From assembly GCA_040954595.2 (NCBI GenBank), contig CM082593.2:10115200-10179199 (forward strand): 64,000 bases of DNA, read 5' to 3'. Positions 42,501 through 56,700 of this stretch are shown here, piece after piece. Under the pieces are notes generated by a model. The model did not search any database, was not told where the DNA came from, and saw only the letters and a program-made list of their open reading frames with translations. The number at the start of each line of letters is the position of its first letter. Position 1 is the first letter of the stretch. Both the position numbers and the translations under genes were made by a program. The stretch is from Balanoglossus misakiensis. Lineage: Eukaryota > Animalia > Hemichordata.

Positions 42501-44650
42501 ATGATTTTTCTCAAAAAAAGACGAAATTTTGAGATTTTGGAAAGTCGAAAATTTGTCATTTTTTGATGATTTTCACCCATGATTTTTTTCAAAAATCAAC
42601 GAACCCATGATTTTTTTTCAAAAATCGACGAAATTTAGAGATTTTGCAAAGTCGAAAATTTGTCATTTCTTAATGATTTTCACCCATGTTTTTTTTTCAA
42701 AAATCGACAAAATTTTGAGATTTTGCAAAGTCGAAAATTTGTAATTTTTTGATGATTTTCACCAATGTTTTTTTTTAAAAATCCACGAACCCATGATTTT
42801 TTTCAAAAATTGACAACATTTTGAGATTTTGCAAAGTCGAAAATTTGTCATTTTTTGATGATTTTCACCCATGATTTTTTTCAAAAATCTACGAAATTTT
42901 GAGATTTTGCAAAGTCGAAAATTTGTCATTTTTTGATGATTTTCACCCATGATTTTTTTCAAAAATCGACGAAATTTTGAGATTTTGCAAATTCGAAAAT
43001 TTGTAATTTTTTGATGATTTTCACCCATGTTTTTTTTCAAAAATCAACGAACCCATGATTTTTTTTCAAAAATCGACGAAATTTTGAGATTTTGCAAAGA
43101 CGAAAATTTGTAATTTTTTGATGATTTTCACCCATGACTTTTTTTCAAAAATTTACGAAATTTTGAGATTTTGCAAAGTCGAAAATTTGTCATTTTTTGA
43201 TGATTTTCACCCATGATTTTTCTCAAAAATCGACGAAATTTTGAGATTTTGGAAAGTCGAAAATTTGTCATTTTTTGATGATTTTCACCCATGATTTTTT
43301 TTCAAAAATTGACGAAATTTTGAGATTTTGCAAAGTCGAAAATTTGTAATTTTTTGATGATTTTCACCCATGTTTTTTTCAAAATTGAACGAACCCATGA
43401 TTTTTTTCAAAAATCGACGAAATTTTTAGATTTTGCAAAGTCGAAAATTTGTCATTTTTTGATGATTTTCACCCATGATTTTTTTCAAAAATCGACGAAA
43501 TTTTGAGATTTTGCAAAGTCGAAAATTTGTCATTTTTTGATGATTTTCACCCATGTTTTTTTTTCAAAAATCGACAAAATTTTGAGATTTTGCAAAGTCG
43601 AAAATTTGTAATTTTTTGATGATTTTCACCAATGTTTTTTTTAAAAATCAACGAACCCATGATTTTTTTCAAAAATTGACAACATTTTGAGATTTTGCAA
43701 AGTCGAAAATTTGTCATTTTTTGATGATTTTCACCCATGATTTTTTTCAAAAATCTACGAAATTTTGAGATTTTGCAAAGTCGAAAATTTGTCATTTTTT
43801 GATGATTTTCACCCATGATTTTTTTCAAAAATCGACGAAATTTTGAGATTTTGCAAATTCGAAAATTTGTAATTTTTTGATGATTTTCACCCATGTTTTT
43901 TTTCAAAAATCAACGAACCCATGATTTTTTTTCAAAAATCGACGAAATTTTGAGATTTTGCAAAGACGAAAATTTGTAATTTTTTGATGATTTTCACCCA
44001 TGACTTTTTTTCAAAAATTTACGAAATTTTGAGATTTTGCAAAGTCGAAAATTTGTCATTTTTTGATGATTTTCACCCATGATTTTTCTCAAAAAAAGAC
44101 GAAATTTTGAGATTTTGGAAAGTCGAAAATTTGTCATTTTTTGATGATTTTCACCCATGATTTTTTTTTCAAAAATTGACGAAATTTTGAGATTTTGCAA
44201 AGTCGAAAATTTGTAATTTTTTGATGATTTTCACCCATGTTTTTTTCAAATTTGAACGAACCCATGATTTTTTTCAAAAATCGACGAAATTTTTAGGTTT
44301 TGCAAAGTCGAAAATTTGTCATTTTTTGATGATTTTCACCCATGATTTTTTTCAAAAATCGACGAAATTTTGAGATTTTGCAAAGTCGAAAATTTGTCAT
44401 TTTTTGATGATTTTCACCCAAGACTTTTTTTTCAAAAATTTACGAAATTTTGAGATTTTGCAAAGTCGAAAATTTGTCATTTTTTGATGATTTTCACCCA
44501 TGTTTTTTTTTTCAAAAATCGACGAAATTTTGAGATTTTGCCAATTCGAAAATTTGTAATTTTTTGATGATTTTCACCCATGTTTTTTTTCAAAAATCAA
44601 CGAACCCATGATTTTTTTTCAAAAGAGGACAAAATTTTGAGATTTTGCAA
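27550..44650. repeat. Series of local higher-order tandem duplications (offsets 871, 1558, 2656, 2634, 3237 bp)
   Basis: GATTATTTATC occurs at 28021/28892. Matching ORF pairs: 29149/30707, 32251/34907, 33733/36389, 37676/40310, 38718/41955, 39522/42759, 40310/43547. Confidence 0.85.
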
Positions 44651-44799
44651 AGTCGAAAATTTGTCATTTTTTGATGATTTTCACCCATGATTTTTTTCAA
44701 AAATCGACGAAATTTTGAGATTTTGCAAAGTCGAAAATTTGTCATTTTTTGATGATTTTCACCCATGATTTTTTTTCAAAAATCGACGAAATTTTGAGA

Positions 44800-47700
44800 T
44801 TTTGCAAAGTCGAAAATTTGTCATTTATTAATGATTTTCACCCATGATTTTTTTTCAAAAATCGACAAAATTTTGAGATTTTGCAAAGTCGAAAATTTGT
44901 AATTTTTTGATGATTTTCACCCATGTTTTTTTTCAAAATTGAACGAACCCATGATTTTTTTCAAAAATCTACGAAATTTTGAGATTTTGCAAAGTCGAAA
45001 ATTTGTCATTTTTTGATGATTTTCACCCATGATTTTTTTCAAAAATCGACGAAATTTTGAGATTTTGCAAATTCGAAAATTTGTAATTTTTTGATGATTT
45101 TCACCCATGTTTTTTTTCAAAAATCAACGAACCCATGATTTTTTTTTCAAAAATCGACGAAATTTTGAGATTTTGCAAAGACGAAAATTTGTAATTTTTT
45201 GATGATTTTCACCCATGACTTTTTTTCAAAAATTTACGAAATTTTGAGATTTTGCAAAGTCGAAAATTTGTCATTTTTTGATGATTTTCACCCATGATTT
45301 TTCTCAAAAAAAGACGAAATTTTGAGATTTTGGAAAGTCGAAAATTTGTCATTTTTTGATGATTTTCACCCATGATTTTTTTTCAAAAATTGACGAAATT
45401 TTGAGATTTTGCAAAGTCGAAAATTTGTAATTTTTTGATGATTTTCACCCATGTTTTTTTCAAAATTGAACGAACCCATGATTTTTTTCAAAAATCGACG
45501 AAATTTTTAGATTTTGCAAAGTCGAAAATTTGTCATTTTTTGATGATTTTCACCCATGATTTTTTTCAAAAATCGACGAAATTTTGAGATTTTGCAAAGT
45601 CGAAAATTTGTCATCTTTTGATGATTTTCACCCAAGACTTTTTTTTCAAAAATTTACGAAATTTTGAGATTTTGCAAAGTCGAAAATTTGTCATTTTTTG
45701 ATGATTTTCACCCATGTTTTTTTTTTCAAAAATCGACGAAATTTTGAGATTTTGCAAATTCGAAAATTTGTAATTTTTTGATGATTTTCACCCATGTTTT
45801 TTTTCAAAAATCAACGAACCCATGATTTTTTTTCAAAAGAGGACAAAATTTTGAGATTTTGCAAAGTCGAAAATTTGTCATTTTTTGATGATTTTCACCC
45901 ATGATTTTTTTCAAAAATCGACGAAATTTTGAGATTTTGCAAAGTCGAAAAGTTGTCATTTTTTGATGATTTTCACCCATGATTTTTTTTCAAAAATCGA
46001 CGAAATTTTGAGATTTTGCAAAGTCGAAAATTTGTCATTTATTAATGATTTTCACCCATGATTTTTTTTCAAAAATCGACAAAATTTTGAGATTTTGCAA
46101 AGTCGAAAATTTGTAATTTTTTGATGATTTTCACCCATGTTTTTTTTCAAAATTGAACGAACCCATGATTTTTTTCAAAAATCGACGAAATTTTGAGATT
46201 TTGCAAAGTCGAAAATTTGTCATTTTTTGATGATTTTCACCCATGATTTTTTTCAAAAATCGACAAAATTTTTAGATTTTGCAACGTCGAAAATTTGTCA
46301 TTTTTTGATTATTTTCACCCATGATTTTTTTCAAAAATCGACAAAATTTTTAGATTTTGCAAAGTCGAAAATTTGTCATTTGTTGATGATTTTCACCATG
46401 ATTTTTTTTTAAAAATCGACGAAATTTTGAGATTTTGCAAAGACGAAAATTTGTCATTTTTTGATGATTTTCACCCATGTTTTTTTTCAAAAATCAACGA
46501 ACCCATGATTTTTTTTCAAAAAAGGACAAAATTTTGAGATTTTGCAAAGTCGAAAATTTGTCATTTTTTGATGATTTTCACCCATGATTTTTTTTCAAAA
46601 ATTGACGAAATTTTGAGATTTTGCAAAGTCGAAAATTTGTAATTTTTTGATGATTTTCACCCATGTTTTTTTCAAAATTGAACGAACCCATGATTTTTTT
46701 CAAAAATCGACGAAATTTTTAGATTTTGCAAAGTCGAAAATTTGTCATTTTTTGATGATTTTCACCCATGATTTTTTTCAAAAATCGACGAAATTTTGAG
46801 ATTTTGCAAAGTCGAAAATTTGTCATTTTTTTATGATTTTCACCCATGATTTTTTTCAAAAATCGACAAAATTTTTAGATTTTGCAAAGTCGAAAATTTG
46901 TCATTTTTTGATTATTTTCACCCATGATTTTTTTCAAAAATCGACAAAATTTTTAGATTTTGCAAAGTCGAAAATTTGTCATTTTTTGATGATTTTCACC
47001 ATGATTTTTTTTTAAAAATCGACGAAATTTTGAGATTTTGCAAAGACGAAAATTTGTCATTTTTTGATGATTTTCACCCATGTTTTTTTTCAAAAATCAA
47101 CGAACCCATGATTTTTTTTCAAAAAAGGACAAAATTTTGAGATTTTGCAAAGTCGAAAATTTGTCATTTATTAATGATTTTCACCCATGATTTTTTTTCA
47201 AAAATCGACAAAATTTTGAGATTTTGCAAAGACAAATTTTTTTCATTTTTTGATGATTTTCACCCGTGATTTTTTTCAAAAGTCGACGAAATTTTGAGAT
47301 TTTGCAAAGACAAATTTTTTTCATTTTTTGATGATTTTCACCCGTGATTTTTTTCAAAAATAGACAAAATTTTGAGATTTTGCAAAGTCGAAAATTTGTA
47401 ATTTTTTGATGATTTTCACCCATGTTTTTTTTCAAAATTGAACGAACCCATGATTTTTTTCAAAAATCGACGAAATTTTGAGATTTTGCAAAGTCGAAAA
47501 TTTGTCATTTTTTGATGATTTTCACCCATGATTTTTTTCAAAAATCGACGAAATTTTGAGATTTTGCAAAGTCGAAAATTTGTCATTTTTTGATGATTTT
47601 CACCCATGATTTTTTTCAAAAATCGACAAAATTTCTAGATTTTGCAAAGTCGAAAATTTGTCATTTTTTGATTATTTTCACCCATGATTTTTTTCAAAAA

Positions 47701-50700
47701 TCGACAAAATTTTTAGATTTTGCAAAGTCGAAAATTTGTCATTTTTTGATGATTTTCACCATGATTTTTTTTTAAAAATCGACGAAATTTTGAGATTTTG
47801 CAAAGACGAAAATTTGTCATTTTTTGATGATTTTCACCCATGTTTTTTTTCAAAAATCAACGAACCCATGATTTTTTTTCAAAAAAGGACAAAATTTTGA
47901 GATTTTGCAAAGTCGAAAATTTGTCATTTATTAATGATTTTCACCCATGATTTTTTTCAAAAATCGACAAAATTTTGAGATTTTGCAAAGTCGAAAATTT
48001 GTAATTTTTTGATGATTTTCACCCATGTTTTTTTCAAAATTGAACGAACCCATGATTTTTTTCAAAAATCGACGAAATTTTGAGATTTTGCAAAGTCGAA
48101 AATTTGTCATTTTTTGATGATTTTCACCCATGATTTTTTTCAAAAATCGACGAAATTTTGAGATTTTGCAAAGTCGAAAATTTGTCATTTTTTGATGATT
48201 TTCACCCATGATTTTTTTCAAAAATCGACAAAATTTCTAGATTTTGCAAAGTCGAAAATTTGTCATTTTTTGATTATTTTCACCCATGATTTTTTTCAAA
48301 AATCGACAAAATTTTTAGATTTTGCAAAGTCGAAAATTTGTCATTTTTTGATGATTTTCACCATGATTTTTTTTTAAAAATCGACGAAATTTTGAGATTT
48401 TGCAAAGACGAAAATTTGTCATTTTTTGATGATTTTCACCCATGTTTTTTTCAAAAATCAACGAACCCATGATTTTTTTTCAAAAAAGGACAAAATTTTG
48501 AGATTTTGCAAAGTCGAAAATTTGTCATTTATTAATGATTTTCACCCATGATTTTTTTTCAAAAATCGACAAAATTTTGAGATTTTGCAAAGTCGAAAAT
48601 TTGTAATTTTTTGATGATTTTCACCCATGTTTTTTTCAAAATTGAACGAACCCATGATTTTTTTCAAAAATCGACGAAATTTTGAGATTTTGCAAGTCGA
48701 AAATTTGTCATTTTTTGATGATTTTCACCCATGATTTTTTTCAAAAATCGACAAAATTTTTAGATTTTGCAAAGTCGAAAATTTGTCATTTTTTGATTAT
48801 TTTCACCCATGATTTTTTTCAAAAATCGACAAAATTTTTAGATTTTGCAAAGTCGAAAATTTGTCATTTTTTGATGATTTTCACCATGATTTTTTTTTTA
48901 AAATCGACGAAATTTTGAGATTTTGCAAAGACGAAAATTTGTCATTTTTTGATGATTTTCACCCATGTTTTTTTTCAAAAATCAACGAACCCATGATTTT
49001 TTTTCAAAAAAGGACAAAATTTTGAGATTTTGCAAAGTCGAAAATTTGTCATTTATTAATGATTTTCACCCATGATTTTTTTTCAAAAATCGACAAAATT
49101 TTGAGATTTTGCAAAGTCGAAAATTTGTAATTTTTTGATGATTTTCACCCATGTTTTTTTCAAAATTGAACGAACCCATGATTTTTTTCAAAAATCGACG
49201 AAATTTTGAGATTTTGCAAGGTCGAAAATTTGTCATTTTTTGATGATTTTCACCCATGATTTTTTTCAAAAATCGACAAAATTTTTAGATTTTGCAAAGT
49301 CGAAAATTTGTCATTTTTTGATTATTTTCACCCATGATTTTTTTCAAAAATCGACAAAATTTTTAGATTTTGCAAAGTCGAAAATTTGTCATTTTTTGAT
49401 GATTTTCACCATGATTTTTTTTTTAAAAATCGACGAAATTTTGAGATTTTGCAAAGACGAAAATTTGTCATTTTTTGATGATTTTCACCCATGATTTTTT
49501 TTCAAAAATGTACGAAATTTTGAGATTTTGCAAAGTCGAAAATTTGTCGTTTTTTGATGATTTTCACCCATGATTTTTTTCAAAAATCGACAAAATTTTG
49601 AGATTTTGCAAAGACGAAAATTTGTCATTTTTTGATGATTTTCACCCATGATTTTTTTCAAAAGTCGACGAAATTTTGAGATTTTGCAAAGACAAAATTT
49701 TTTCATTTTTTGATGATTTTCACCCGTGATTTTTTTCAAAAATAGACAAAATTTTAAGATTTTGCAAAGTCGAAAATTTGTAATTTTTTGATGATTTTCA
49801 CCCATGTTTTTTTTCAAAATTGAACGAACCCAAGATTTTTTTCAAAAATCGACGAAATTTTGAGATTTTGCAAAGTCGAAAATTTGTCATTTTTTGATGA
49901 TTTTCACCCATGATTTTTTTCAAAAATCGACGAAATTTTGAGATTTTGCAAAGTCGAAAATTTGTCATTTTTTGATGATTTTCACCCAAGACTTTTTTTC
50001 AAAAATTTACGAAATTTTGAGATTTTGCAAAGTCGAAAATTTGTCATTATTTGATGATTTTCACCCATGTTTTTTTTTTTCAAAAATCGACGAAATTTTG
50101 AGATTTTGCAAATTCGAAAATTTGTAATTTTTTGATGATTTTCACCCATGTTTTTTTTCAAAAATCAACGAACCCATGATTTTTTTTCAAAAGAGGACAA
50201 AATTTTGAGATTTTGCAAAGTCGAAAATTTGTCATTTTTTGATGATTTTCACCCATGATTTTTTTCAAAAATCGACGAAATTTTGAGATTTTGCAAAGTC
50301 GAAAATTTGTCATTTTTTGATGATTTTCACCCTTAATTTTTTTTCAAAAATCGACGAAATTTTGAGATTTTGCAAAGTCGAAAATTTGTCATTTATTAAT
50401 GATTTTCACCCATGATTTTTTTTCAAAAATCGACAAAATTTTGAGATTTTGCAAAGTCGAAAATTTGTAATTTTTTGATGATTTTCACCCATGTTTTTTT
50501 TCAAAATTGAACGAACCCATGATTTTTTTCAAAAATCGACGAAATTTTGAGATTTTGCAAAGTCGAAAATTTGTCATTTTTTGATGATTTTCACCCATGA
50601 TTTTTTTCAAAAATCGACAAAATTTTTAGATTTTGCAAAGTCGAAAATTTGTCATTTTTTGATTATTTTCACCCATGATTTTTTTCAAAAATCGACAAAA

Positions 50701-53700
50701 TTTTTAGATTTTGCAAAGTCGAAAATTTGTCATTTTTTGATGATTTTCACCATGATTTTTTTTTAAAAATCGACGAAATTTTGTGATTTTGCAAAGACGA
50801 AAATTTGTCATTTTTTGATGATTTTCACCCATGTTTTTTTTCAAAAATCAACGAACCCATGATTTTTTTTCAAAAAAGGACAAAATTTTGAGATTTTGCA
50901 AAGTCGAAAATTTGTCATTTTTTGATGATTTTCACCCATGATTTTTCTCAAAAATCGACGAAATTTTGAGATTTTGCAAAGTCGAAAATTTGTCATTTTT
51001 TGATGATTTTCACCCATGATTTTTTTTCAAAAATCGACGAAATTTTGAGATTTTGCAAAGTCGAAAATTTGTCATTTATTAATGATTTTCACCCATGATT
51101 TTTTTTCAAAAATCGACAAAATTTTGAGATTTTGCAAAGTCGAAAATTTGTAATTTTTTGATGATTTTCACCCATGTTTTTTTTCAAAATTGAACGAACC
51201 CATGATTTTTTTCAAAAATCGACGAAATTTTGAGATTTTGCAAAGTCGAAAATTTGTCATTTTTTGATGATTTTCACCCATGATTTTTTTCAAAAATCGA
51301 CAAAATTTTTAGATTTTGCAAAGTCGAAAATTTGTCATTTTTTGATTATTTTCACCCATGATTTTTTTCAAAAATCGACAAAATTTTTAGATTTTGCAAA
51401 GTCGAAAATTTGTCATTTTTGATGATTTTCACCATGATTTTTTTTTAAAAATCGACGAAATTTTGAGATTTTGCAAAGACGAAAATTTGTCATTTTTTGA
51501 TGATTTTCACCCATGTTTTTTTTCAAAAATCAACGAACCCATGATTTTTTTTCAAAAAAGGACAAAATTTTGAGATTTTGCAAAGTCGAAAATTTGTCAT
51601 TTATTAATGATTTTCACCCATGATTTTTTTTCAAAAATGTACGAAATTTTGAGATTTTACAAAGTCGAAAATTTGTCGTTTTTTGATGATTTTCACCCAT
51701 GATTTTTTTCAAAAATCGACAAAATTTTGAGATTTTGCAAAGACGAAAATTTGTCATTTTTTGATGATTTTCACCCATGATTTTTTTCAAAAGTCGACGA
51801 AATTTTGAGATTTTGCAAAGACAAATTTTTTTCATTTTTTGATGATTTTCACCCGTGATTTTTTTCAAAAATAGACAAAATTTTGAGATTTTGCAAAGTC
51901 GAAAATTTGTAATTTTTTGATGATTTTCACTCATGTTTTTTTTCAAAATTGAACGAACCCATGATTTTTTTCAAAAATCGACGAAATTTTGAGATTTTGC
52001 AAAGTCGAAAATTTGTCATTTTTTGATGATTTTCACCCATGATTTTTTTCAAAAATCGACGAAATTTTGAGATTTTGCAAAGTGGAAAATTTGTCATTTT
52101 TTGATGATTTTCACCCAAGACTTTTTTTCAAAAATTTACGAAATTTTGAGATTTTGCAAAGTCGAAAATTTGTCATTTTTTGATGATTTTCACCCATGTT
52201 TTTTTTTTTCAAAAATCGACGAAATTTTGAGATTTTGCAAATTCGAAAATTTGTAATTTTTTGATGATTTTCACCCATGTTTTTTTTCAAAAATCAACGA
52301 ACCCATGATTTTTTTTCAAAAGAGGACAAAATTTTGAGATTTTGCAAAGTCGAAAATTTGTCATTTTTTGATGATTTTGACCCATGATTTTTTTCAAAAA
52401 TCGACGAAATTTTGAGATTTTGCAAAGTCGAAAATTTGTCATTTTTTGATGATTTTCACCCATGATTTTTTTTCAAAAATCGACGAAATTTTGAGATTTT
52501 GCAAAGTCGAAAATTTGTCATTTATTAATGATTTTCACCCATGATTTTTTTTCAAAAATCGACAAAATTTTGAGATTTTGCAAAGTCGAAAATTTGTAAT
52601 TTTTTGATGATTTTCACCCATGTTTTTTTTCAAAATTGAACGAACCCATGATTTTTTTCAAAAATCGACGAAATTTTGAGATTTTGCAAAGTCGAAAATT
52701 TGTCATTTTTTGATGATTTTCACCCATGATTTTTTTCAAAAATCGACAAAATTTTTAGATTTTGCAAAGTCGAAAATTTGTCATTTTTTGATTATTTTCA
52801 CCCATGATTTTTTTCACAAATCGACAAAATATTTAGATTTTGCAAAGTCGAAAATTTGTCATTTTTTGATGATTTTCACCATGATTTTTTTTTAAAAATC
52901 GACGAAATTTTGAGATTTTGCAAAGACGAAAATTTGTCATTTTTTAATGATTTTCACCCATGTTTTTTTTTCAAAAATAAACGAACCCATGATTTTTTTT
53001 CAAAAAAGGACAAAATTTTGAGATTTTGCAAAGTCGAAAATTTGTCATTTTTTGATGATTTTCACCCATGATTTTTCTCAAAAATCGACGAAATTTTGAG
53101 ATTTTGCAAAGTCGAAAATTTGTCATTTATTGATGATTTTCACCCATGATTTTTTTTCAAAAATCGACGAAATTTTGAGATTTTGCAAAGTCGAAAATTT
53201 GTCATTTATTAATGATTTTCACCCATGATTTTTTTTCAAAAATCGACAAAATTTTGAGATTTTGCAAAGTCGAAAATTTGTAATTTTTTGATGATTTTCA
53301 CCCATGGTTTTTTTCAAAATTGAACGAACCCATGATTTTTTTCAAAAATCGACGAAATTTTGAGATTTTGCAAAGTCGAAAATTTGTCATTTTTTGATGA
53401 TTTTCACCCATGATTTTTTTCAAAAATCGAAAAAATTTTTAGATTTTGCAAAGTCGAAAATTTGTCATTTTTTGATTATTTTCACCCATGATTTTTTTCA
53501 AAAATCGACAAAATTTTTAGATTTTGCAAAGTCGAAAATTTGTCATTTTTTGATGATTTTCACCATGATTTTTTTTTTAAAAATCGACGAAATTTTGAGA
53601 TTTTGCAAAGACGAAAATTTGTCATTTTTTGATGATTTTCACCCATGATTTTTTTTCAAAAATGTACGAAATTTTGAGATTTTGCAAAGACAAATTTTTT
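44800..53700. repeat. Distant copy of satellite block ~3200-13030 (offset ~40.7-41.6 kb)
   Basis: Matching ORF pairs in the same order: 3297/44917, 6250/47416, 7518/48682, 8321/49485, 9915/50581, 10947/51614, 12043/52710, 12726/53394. Shared private variants include CACTCATG, AAAGTGGAAA and TTTTGACCCATG. Confidence 0.85.
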
Positions 53701-56700
53701 TCATTTTTTGATGATTTTCACCCGTGATTTTTTTCAAAAATAGACAAAATTTTGAGATTTTGCAAAGTCGAAAATTTGACATTTTTTGATGATTTTCACC
53801 CATGTTTTTTTTCAAAAATTGAACGAACCCATGATTTTTTTCAAAAATCGACGAAATTTTGAGATTTTGCAAAGTCGAAAATTTGTCATTTTTTGATGAT
53901 TTTCACCCATGATTTTTTTCAAAAATCGACAAAATTTTTAGATTTTGCAAAGTCGAAAATTTGTCATTTCTTAATGATTTTCACCCATGTTTTTTTTTCA
54001 AAAATCGACAAAATTTTGAGATTTTGCAAAGTCGAAAATTTGTAATTTTTTGATGATTTTCACCAATGTTTTTTTTAAAAATCAACGAACCCATGATTTT
54101 TTTCAAAAATTTACAACATTTTGAGATTTTGCAAAGTCGAAAATTTGTCATTTTTTGATGATTTTCACCCATGATTTTTCTCAAAAATCGACGAAATTTT
54201 GAGATTTTGCAAAGTCGAAAATTTTTCATTTTTTGATGATTTTCACCCATGATTTTTTTCAAAAATCTACGAAATTTTGAGATTTTGCAAAGTCGAAAAT
54301 TTGTCATTTTTTGATGATTTTCACCCATGATTTTTTTCAAAAATCTGCGAAATTTTGAGATTTTGCAAAGTCGAAAATTTGTCATTTATTAATGATTTTC
54401 ACCCATGATTTTTTTCAAAAATCGACGAAATTTGAGATTTTGCAAATTCGAAAATTTGTAATTTTTTAATGATTTTCACCCTTTTTTTCAAAAATCAACG
54501 AACCCATGATTTTTTTTCAAAAATCGACAAAATTTTGAGATTTTGCAAAGCCGAAAATTTGTCATTTTTTGATGATTTTCACCCATGATTTTTTTCAAAA
54601 ATCGACGAAATTTTGAGATTTTGCAAAGTCGAAAATTTGTCATTTTTTGATGATTTTCACCCATGATTTTTTTCAAAAATCGACGAAATTTGAGATTTTG
54701 CAAAGTCAAAAATTTGTCATTTTTTGATGATTTTCACCCATGATTTTTTTCAAAAATCGACGAAATTTTGAGATTTTGCAAAGTCGAAAATGTGTCATTT
54801 TTTGATGATTTTCACCCATGATTTTTTTCAAAAATCGACGAAATTTGAGATTTTGCAAAGTCGAAAATTTGTCATTTTTTGATGATTTTTACCCATGATT
54901 TTTTTTTCAAAAATCGACCAAATTTTGAGACTTTGCAAAGCCGAAAATTTGTCATTTTTTGATGATTTTCACCCATGATTTTTCTCAAAAATCGACGAAA
55001 TTTTGAGATTTTGCAAAGTCGAAAATTTTTCATTTTTTGATGATTTTCACCCATGATTTTTCTCAAAAATTGACGAAATTTTGAGATTTTGCAAAGTCGA
55101 AAATTTGTCATTTTTTGATGATTTTCACCCATGTTTTTTTCAAAATTGAACGAACCCATGATTTTTTTCAAAAATCGACAAAATTTTGAGATTTTGCAAA
55201 GACGAAAATTTGTCATTTTTTGATGATTTTCACCCATGATTTTTTTCAAAAGTCGACGAAATTTTGAGATTTTGCAAAGTCGAAAATTTGTCATTTTTTG
55301 ATGATTTTCACCCATGATTTTTTTCAAAAATCTGCGAAATTTTGAGATTTTGCAAATTCGAAAATTTGTAATTTTTTAATGATTTTCACCCTTTTTTTTC
55401 AAAAATCAACGAACCCATGATTTTTTTCAAAAATCGACAAAATTTTGAGATTTTGCAAAGCCGAAAATTTGTCATTTTTTGATGATTTTCACCCATGATT
55501 TTTTTCAAAAATCGACGAAATTTTGAGATTTTGCAAAGTCGAAAATTTGTCATTTTTTGATGATTTTCACCCATGATTTTTTTCAAAAATCGACGAAATT
55601 TGAGATTTTGCAAAGTCGAAAATTTGTCATTTTTTGATGATTTTCACCCATGATTTTTTTCAAAAATCGACGAAATTTTGAGATTTTGCAAAGTCGAAAA
55701 TTTGTCATTTTTTGATGATTTTCACCCATGATTTTTTTTCAAAAATCTGCGAAATTTTGAGATTTTGCAAAGTCGAAAATTTGTCATTTTTTGATGATTT
55801 TCACCCATGATTTTTTTCAAAAATCGACGAAATTTTGAGATTTTGCAAAGTCGAAAATTTGTCATTTTTTGATTATTTTCACCCATGATTTTTTTTTTTC
55901 AAAAATCGACAAAATTTTGAGATTTTGCAAAGTCGAAAATGTGTCATTTTTTGATGATTTTCACCCATGATTTTTTTCAAAAATCGACGAAATTTGAGAT
56001 TTTGCAAAGTCGAAAATTTGTCATTTTTTGATGATTTTTACCTATGATTTTTTTTTCAAAAATCGACCAAATTTTGAGATTTTGCAAAGCCGAAAATTTG
56101 TCATTTTTTGATGATTTTCACCCATGATTTTTTTCAAAAATCGACGAAATTTGAGATTTTGCAAAGTCGAAAATTTGTCATTTTTTGATGATTTTCACCC
56201 ATGATTTTTTTCAAAAATCGACGAAATTTTGAGATTTTGCAAAGTCGAAAATTTGTCATTTTTTGATGATTTTCACCCATGATTTTTTTTCAAAAATCTG
56301 CGAAATTTTGAGATTTTGCAAAGTCGAAAATTTGTCATTTTTTGATGATTTTCACCCATGATTTTTTTCAAAAATCGACGAAATTTTGAGATTTTGCAAA
56401 GTCGAAAATTTGTCATTTTTTGATTATTTTCACCCATGATTTTTTTTTTTCAAAAATCGACAAAATTTTGAGATTTTGCAAAGTCGAAAATGTGTCATTT
56501 TTTGATGATTTTCACCCATGATTTTTTTCAAAAATCGACGAAATTTGAGATTTTGCAAAGTCGAAAATTTGTCATTTTTTGATGATTTTTACCTATGATT
56601 TTTTTTTCAAAAATCGACCAAATTTTGAGATTTTGCAAAGCCGAAAATTTGTCATTTTTTGATGATTTTCACCCATGATTTTTCTCAAAAATCGACGAAA

